From a virus: DNA of 64,000 nucleotides. The stretch is taken from positions 1 to 64,000 of IMG/VR virus record IMGVR_UViG_3300028859_000013; one strand, written 5' to 3'. Below, piece by piece: positions 58,396-64,000 of the stretch. The notes under the pieces were generated by a model. The model ran no database searches, was not told the DNA's origin, and saw nothing but the letters and a program-made list of their open reading frames with translations. Positions within the stretch are counted from its first letter, which is position 1; each line of letters begins with the position of its first letter. A program made the translations under genes and the position numbers.

Positions 58396-58773
58396 ATGAA
58401 AAAAATAAAAACATTCGAAAATTTTACAGCACAAAATGAAATTAATGTTATTATTGATACTTCTGCAAGTATGTCAGATGATCAATTACAAAAAGCTATA
58501 ACTGAAATAGATATGATAGATGATTACTGTTGTAATATTAATGTTATACAAGTATCAGATAAAATTGATGATGTTACTGTAATTAATAATATACATAATT
58601 TATTATATTTGAAATTTAAATTTGGTGCTGGAGGTTCTGATTTACGTGCAGCAATAGATTATATTATTGATAATGACTTAAATGATAATAAAACATATAT
58701 TATATCAGATTTCATTTTACCTAAAATAGATTTCTCAGAATTATCAGATTACGAAAAAATAGTAGTAGAATAA
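58396..58773 (+). CDS. Stand-alone vWA domain with MKKIKTFE start
   Basis: NEINVIIDTSASMS, GGSD and IISD motifs. Resembles the C-terminal domain of 42920-44506 (NEINVLLDTSGSM). Confidence 0.8.
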   Translation: MKKIKTFENFTAQNEINVIIDTSASMSDDQLQKAITEIDMIDDYCCNINVIQVSDKIDDVTVINNIHNLLYLKFKFGAGGSDLRAAIDYIIDNDLNDNKTYIISDFILPKIDFSELSDYEKIVVE

Positions 58774-58814
58774 TTAATTTTATTCTTGATATATTATAAA
58801 ATAAAATATGAAAT

Positions 58815-59066
58815 ATGAAATACTTAAAAAAATATGAGATCGTTAATCAAAACCCAAAAATTGATGATTATGTTATTTTAAATGATATGCCATCAGTAAT
58901 AGGTAGAATAAAAGAAGTCAATAGAAATTTTACATATTATATTAAATTTATAGGTAATAGTTATATTACTGATAGAAGAGTTTTTTCAACATCTGAGATT
59001 AAATATTGGAGCGAGAATAAGAAAGAATTAGAGTTAATAGCTGATACAAATAAATTTAACATATAA
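58815..59066 (+). CDS. MKYLKKYE...NKFNI family protein
   Basis: Both motifs. KIDDYVIL core. Confidence 0.8.
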   Translation: MKYLKKYEIVNQNPKIDDYVILNDMPSVIGRIKEVNRNFTYYIKFIGNSYITDRRVFSTSEIKYWSENKKELELIADTNKFNI

Positions 59067-59076
59067 TATTTAAAAA

Positions 59077-59565
59077 ATGAAGACATATATACAATTTATA
59101 AAAGAAGATAATAATTAAAAATTATCTGATGATAAATATGAAATTAAATATGAAAAATGGAAAAAATCAGATTATTCTGAATGTTATATGGCATATAACC
59201 TTTATAAAAATGATCAATTAGTAGCTGGTATTTCAAATGATAGTAAAGATAAAATGAAAGTTGTTGTTAGACACATTGAAAATTTTTCAACTGAAAAAGG
59301 AATGACAACAAAATTATTATTTATGTTGTTAGATATGAATGTTTCTATTGATACTGGTAAACCAAATTATAATTCAATTTCAACTACTGCATATAATATG
59401 AATAAAAAAATAGTGGAAATAATAAATAATAGTAAAGGTAAATATAAAGCAACTATTTTAGGTCCTGCTAATAATAAAGGCAAAGAAAATGAAGAAAAAT
59501 ATAAAGATGTCGCAGGTAAAAATACTAAATCAGATAATTATCATTATAGATTTCAAAAAATATAA
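59077..59565 (+). pseudogene. CTS-tagged gene interrupted by in-frame TAA (59116-59118)
   Basis: MKTYIQFIKEDNN*KLSDDKYEIKYEKWKKSDYSECY reads in frame into ORF 59188-59565. Confidence 0.65.
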
Positions 59566-59747
59566 TATATAAATCTATTATATATAAATATTTTTTTTTA
59601 CTTTTTCATTTTTTATTAAAATACTCAATATATAAGCACCTATTTAGGTAAATAAATTTATTTATTGGTTTTTTTCATTACAGTGTGTTAGATTTAATAT
59701 ATAGACTGAATTATATATTTAATTTATAAAAAATAATCTAATAAAAA

Positions 59748-60311
59748 ATGGGATTAGCACACTTTACAGCAGTGGATACGGCAAGAGAAAAATGGGAACC
59801 TATTCACAAGAATCTATACGAGACTACAATTATTTTACCAACTGTTCTCCAATCACTACATCCAAACGCAACACACTTACTTTTGGAAAATACAAAATCA
59901 GCAAAGTTTCCAGCTTATCCTGATTTATCAACTGGTGTTCAAAGATTTAAATACTCTACAAGAGTTTTTATTATGATGCCAGAAAAAACACATATAGATG
60001 ATTTATCTATTGTATTTAATCTTAACCAAAATGATGACTATCAAATATTTTGCTTTAAAATGCTAAAAGATTGGTACGATTTAGGCTGGAATAACGAAAC
60101 TGGTACTCTTCATTATAAGAAAAATACGGTTGGAGATATTATTATTCATGCTCATGATAAAGAAGGTAAAGTTATTCGTAGGGTAACATACCATAACGTT
60201 ATGATGAAAAGCTTTACAGGATTTGAAGATCTAAGTTGGGAAAGTTCAACTGATATTTTCGACCTTACTGCAAACTTCGTTGCAGATTATTGGGAAGATT
60301 TCTACTATTAA
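59748..60311 (+). CDS. Tail tube protein (gp19-like)
   Basis: EP...N..E, F.LN, ..W.DL..N..TG, G.I.I..HDKEG, L.WE....L.A.F.ADYWE. TTTAATATATAG upstream. Confidence 0.8.
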   Translation: MGLAHFTAVDTAREKWEPIHKNLYETTIILPTVLQSLHPNATHLLLENTKSAKFPAYPDLSTGVQRFKYSTRVFIMMPEKTHIDDLSIVFNLNQNDDYQIFCFKMLKDWYDLGWNNETGTLHYKKNTVGDIIIHAHDKEGKVIRRVTYHNVMMKSFTGFEDLSWESSTDIFDLTANFVADYWEDFYY

Positions 60312-60327
60312 AATTTTATGAATTTTT

Positions 60328-60361
60328 AAAAATTAATAGGTATAAAAACCTATTAATTTTT
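60328..60361 (+). terminator. Terminator after the tail tube gene
   Basis: AAAAATTAATAGGT-ATAAAA-ACCTATTAATTTTT. Confidence 0.7.
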
Positions 60362-60425
60362 AAATTTTTAGATTACTGGGAAGAAAATAAATTAAACAAA
60401 AAACAAAAAATCATATATATAAAAT

Positions 60426-61112
60426 ATGAAAAAAATATGTAGAATTTGTAAAGAAAATAAAGAATTAAGTGAGTTTCATAAAAAATGTAATACTTTTGAT
60501 GGTCATAGAAGTGAATGTAAAGAATGTATTAAAGATATTCAAAAAAAATATAAAGAAAAACCTGATTTTAAAGAAAAAAGAAAAGAATATGATAAAGATC
60601 GTTATGATGAAAATAGAGAAAAAATATTAGATAGGAAAAAAGAATATCACATTGAAAACAGAGAAAAAATATTGGAGAAAAAAAAGGAATATCATAGTAA
60701 ACCAGAAGTAAAAGAAAAAATGAAGGATTATAGTAAATATTATAGAACAGAATGTAAAGATAAGTTTTATAAGTATAGGAACAACAATCCTCACATTATA
60801 GTATGGCGTTCGGTATTAAATTCCACGTTAAAGAGATTAGGAACTATGAAGGAGGGTAACACGATAGATATATTAGGTTATTCTGCATTAGAGTTAAAGG
60901 AGCACATTGAGAATTTATTTACTCCTGGAATGACTTGGAATAATCATGGTGATTGGCATATAGATCATATAATAGGTGTTATAAATTTTACCAGTGATTC
61001 TGACATTAGGGAAGTATGTTCATTAAGTAATTTACGTCCATTATGGTCGACTACGAGGGAGATAGATGGTATAATATATGAAGGAAATTTAAACAGGAGT
61101 AAGATTAATTAG
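60426..61112 (+). CDS. HNH homing endonuclease
   Basis: CRIC...EF......G....CKEC, LGYS...L..HIE..F..GMTW.N.G.WHIDHI, NLRPLW. AAAC-N16-TATATA at 60394-60419. Confidence 0.85.
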   Translation: MKKICRICKENKELSEFHKKCNTFDGHRSECKECIKDIQKKYKEKPDFKEKRKEYDKDRYDENREKILDRKKEYHIENREKILEKKKEYHSKPEVKEKMKDYSKYYRTECKDKFYKYRNNNPHIIVWRSVLNSTLKRLGTMKEGNTIDILGYSALELKEHIENLFTPGMTWNNHGDWHIDHIIGVINFTSDSDIREVCSLSNLRPLWSTTREIDGIIYEGNLNRSKIN

Positions 61113-61124
61113 AAAAAGATTCCA

Positions 61125-61340
61125 TTAGGAATCTTTTTCTATATTTTTAGGTTTTTTATCGAACATTACGATTAATGCGATTGCTGCAAAAATATCTACC
61201 CATAATATATTAATTGGATGTATACCTATTAGTCCGCATGTTGCTCCGATAATAAATGCTACAGTTATTGGAATTAAAGCATACCATTTCCAGCCTTTTC
61301 TCCACACTAAGATTGTTAAAATAATTTCTATTATACCCAT
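61125..61340 (-). CDS. Small membrane protein
   Basis: Hydrophobic segments. AAAC-N16-TATATA at 61358-61383 (minus). Confidence 0.7.
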   Translation of the reverse strand: MGIIEIILTILVWRKGWKWYALIPITVAFIIGATCGLIGIHPINILWVDIFAAIALIVMFDKKPKNIEKDS

Positions 61341-61385
61341 AATTTATTTTTATTTTTTATATAGAAATAGATTATTAAAGTTTAA

Positions 61386-62486
61386 TTAAAAATAATAGTT
61401 ATCATCATAGAAATCTGATAAAAAATTTAGCCAAGCATTTATTGCATTTTCATTATATTTTTTAAGAGATATTAAGTTTTTCTTAGTATATGATTCTTTA
61501 TTTTTTATAGTATTACTTAGTTGTTTACACATTGAGTTTACACTATTTGGATCTGATATTCCTGTAGATACCCAATTTATTTCGTTTGATACTACAACAG
61601 GAACGTTCATAAATACAGCATCTGCTGTTACGATATTAAATGTTTCAGTTAATGATACTTGCATTAATATATCCATTTTACTTAGTAGATTAAGAAAGTT
61701 TTCTCTATTTAGCCATTCAATTTCGATTAAGTTATGTTTAGTATTATTGAATAATGCTTTAATATTTTTATAAACATTAGCGCCAGATTGTTCTAGTCTA
61801 CTATAATTGATATAGAAATTTACAATTGTATTATTTTCTTCTCCAAATTTTATAGCTGCAACAGCTTGGTTTAGTTGATTTTTCAATGGTCTAATTGCGC
61901 CGAAGCATCCAATATTATATGATTCTTTAATTTTTATTTTTGAAAATAATTTAAAAAAATTACCACATTTTTTTTTAATTATAATATCTTCATATATATT
62001 TGGTAGATATATATTTTTTATGCCTATTGAATTTAGATCTTTATGAGTTATTTCATTATTAAATGAAACTTCAACATTTTCAATTTTCAAATATTCTTTA
62101 ATCCATGTAATAGCGATTCCTTCCATTGCTAAAAATGGAATTTTACTATGTATTCTTATAATAAATTTTATATTTGGATATAATTTATGTAATTCTGATA
62201 TTTTTTCAGGAGTTACCCAAATTGCTTCAATTATACATATATTTGGTTTTATTTTGAATAATTTATTATCAATGTCGTTACCATCAATACACAATTCTAC
62301 ATCAGATTGAATATTTGGTAGAGTTGATATAAAATTTGAAACAAGTCTAGCAGAATTATACAATCCAGATTTTAATTTACCAAATGAATAATCTGGTGAA
62401 TCATTATAGCCTGAATTGTCACTATACTCCGAATTATAGTCTGAGCAATAAGTTTGAGATTTTTTAAGTAAGAATAAAATTTTCAT
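61386..62486 (-). CDS. GT-B (family 4-like) glycosyltransferase
   Basis: GCFGAIRPLKNQ, VSLTETFNIVTADA, VPVVVS motifs. Confidence 0.8.
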   Translation of the reverse strand: MKILFLLKKSQTYCSDYNSEYSDNSGYNDSPDYSFGKLKSGLYNSARLVSNFISTLPNIQSDVELCIDGNDIDNKLFKIKPNICIIEAIWVTPEKISELHKLYPNIKFIIRIHSKIPFLAMEGIAITWIKEYLKIENVEVSFNNEITHKDLNSIGIKNIYLPNIYEDIIIKKKCGNFFKLFSKIKIKESYNIGCFGAIRPLKNQLNQAVAAIKFGEENNTIVNFYINYSRLEQSGANVYKNIKALFNNTKHNLIEIEWLNRENFLNLLSKMDILMQVSLTETFNIVTADAVFMNVPVVVSNEINWVSTGISDPNSVNSMCKQLSNTIKNKESYTKKNLISLKKYNENAINAWLNFLSDFYDDNYYF

Positions 62487-62662
62487 ATATAAGTTTTTTT
62501 TTTAATTGTTAAATAAGTTTTAATATTTTTTATAACTTATATATAAAAATATATTGTTAAATAATTGATAAAATACTAATTATTATGATATAAAAATAAA
62601 AAAATATATTTTTATGGTGGGACAGAATCTTTTTTATATATAATCAAAAAATAATTAATTAT

Positions 62663-63619
62663 ATGAGTAATAATTCAAATAATAAGAAAGAAGAAGATGC
62701 ATTATCTTATTTAGAAAATAATTTTGTTGATGATAAAGATGATATTGTTTCTATAAAAAAGCCAGATATGTCATATTTAGATAATAATGTACCATCTAAT
62801 GAATATATTATTATTCCATTAAATATTTTACCTTGCGGAATATTTTATAAAAATGGTACAAAAATTAGTATTAGAGCGGCTAGAGTACAGGAAGTTCAGG
62901 CTTATTCGGTAGTTGATGATAAGAATTACCTTGATATTACTGAAAAAATGAATCAGATATTAAGTGGATGTGTAAGATTTTTTAATCCAAATGGCAAACA
63001 AGGTTCATATAAAGATATTAGAGATGGTGATAGATTATTTCTAATTTTCATGATTAGAGAATTAACATTTCCAGGTGGTAAAAATTTATCAAAAGAAGTT
63101 GTATGTGGTAATTGTGGTAATGAATTTAAGATGGAATTAAGAGCAACAAGTTCAACTACTGTAGAGAAATCTTTTGTAAATCATGATATACCTGAAAAAT
63201 TAAAGAAATTTTTTGATCCTATTAATAAAGTTTTTGTATTTAAAATTGATGGAGTTGATTATAATTTAGCTCCTCCTACAATTGGAATTCAGGAAACATT
63301 TTTTGGAGATATTAAAAATAAAATTCAAGGAGAAAAAAATCCAAACGTTGCATTTTTGAAATTGGAATCATTTTTGTTACATGATAGAAATAACATAACA
63401 GAAGATGGTATAAAAGTAAAAGAGCAAGAATTTAAAAGAATGGATATGAAAACTTTTCAAATTTTAAATCAAGCAGTTAATCAAATGTTATTTGGTATAA
63501 AAGAAATGAAAAATCAGTGTCCAAGTTGTGGAATGGAGGTCCATACTGATATGAGCTTTCCCACAGGAGCCTCAAATATTTTCGTTATTCCAGATGCCTT
63601 TGGAGACTATTTTGGATAA
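62663..63619 (+). CDS. Baseplate hub assembly protein (T4 gp26-like)
   Basis: LP.G.FY, D..FL...IR.LTF, CGNC and CPSCG zinc pairs. TTTTTATATATA upstream. Confidence 0.7.
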   Translation: MSNNSNNKKEEDALSYLENNFVDDKDDIVSIKKPDMSYLDNNVPSNEYIIIPLNILPCGIFYKNGTKISIRAARVQEVQAYSVVDDKNYLDITEKMNQILSGCVRFFNPNGKQGSYKDIRDGDRLFLIFMIRELTFPGGKNLSKEVVCGNCGNEFKMELRATSSTTVEKSFVNHDIPEKLKKFFDPINKVFVFKIDGVDYNLAPPTIGIQETFFGDIKNKIQGEKNPNVAFLKLESFLLHDRNNITEDGIKVKEQEFKRMDMKTFQILNQAVNQMLFGIKEMKNQCPSCGMEVHTDMSFPTGASNIFVIPDAFGDYFG

Positions 63620-63848
63620 TAAATTTGGATTTATGGATGTTGATCATATTGCGCCTAGATATATAGATGAATTAGCTTGGTGGGAATATGAAGAATATGT
63701 AAAAAGATTAAATGCTAGAATTGAAAGAGATAATAAGCAGCAAAAAGAAACATCATCATCAACTGATAATTCAAGTATGTCAAATTATGCTAATAAAATG
63801 CCTAATATGAATTCTATGATGAACAATCTTGGTAAATATAAACCTTAA
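63594..63848 (+). CDS. Small baseplate/tail assembly protein (gp51-like position)
   Basis: IDELAWWEYEEYV..L....E pattern directly after the gp26-like gene. True start uncertain. Confidence 0.55.
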   Translation: MPLETILDNKFGFMDVDHIAPRYIDELAWWEYEEYVKRLNARIERDNKQQKETSSSTDNSSMSNYANKMPNMNSMMNNLGKYKP

Positions 63849-63849
63849 T

Positions 63850-63881
63850 AAAAAATCACTATTTTTTAATAGTGATTTTTT
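63850..63881 (+). terminator. Intrinsic terminator
   Basis: AAAAAATCACTATT-TTTT-AATAGTGATTTTTT. Confidence 0.75.
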
Positions 63882-64000
63882 ATATATATCGAATCCAGAA
63901 CATAAAAAATATTATAAATTATATTATTAAAAAATATTCTGATTTCATGAAAGAAGTATAAATTGAAAGAAGTATAAAAAATTTTTTAATTTATAAAAAT

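Noticed and set aside
63594-63619. Programmed frameshift fusing the gp26-like gene to the next ORF
   Set aside because: The second ORF is in the +1 frame, no convincing slippery heptamer is visible, and independent starts are available.
1-64000. Genome-wide stop-codon reassignment (TAG or TGA) as in some large phages
   Set aside because: Long conserved genes are intact in the standard code, and both TAG (nrdJ) and TGA end genes at expected positions.

Overview
A very AT-rich 64-kb segment of a large T4-like (myovirus-type) jumbo phage genome, read in the standard genetic code. Several TAnnTTTG promoters, A-rich leaders without obvious Shine-Dalgarno sites and a Bacteroidota-like class II RNR point to a Bacteroidota host (inference). 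Core genes present: tail sheath, tail tube, baseplate module with a gp5-like OB/M23/SleB spike, UvsX recombinase, gp41/DnaB helicase, NrdJ, ECF-type sigma factor, GH19 endolysin, AAA+/vWA pair and rhomboid protease. There are eight free-standing endonuclease genes and the start of an IS607 element at the left edge. Most notable: (1) About 25 small genes in three clusters begin with a T4 capsid-targeting-like peptide (MKYLKTFE, MKTYIQFINE). Fifteen of them also end in an apparently undescribed C-terminal K-F-N-[LI]-stop tag, whose DNA can double as the putative late promoter. Tagged cargoes include ART-like, Nudix, HExxH and vWA domains, suggesting an address-labelled library of packaged effectors. 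A second C-terminal tag (R-K-x-K-L/I) marks a separate gene set. (2) The helicase is fractured by an atypically split intein (34-aa IntN, 123-aa IntC) with a frameshifted Vsr-like endonuclease between the halves. (3) Several genes look like dead or truncated mimics of Mre11/gp47, DeoC, major capsid protein and tail tube. (4) Three promoter classes are visible, including AAAC-N16-TATATA. (5) Duplicated terminators bracket two endonuclease genes, and three reading frames are interrupted by single in-frame TAA codons. All family assignments come from motif recognition by eye; no searches were run.
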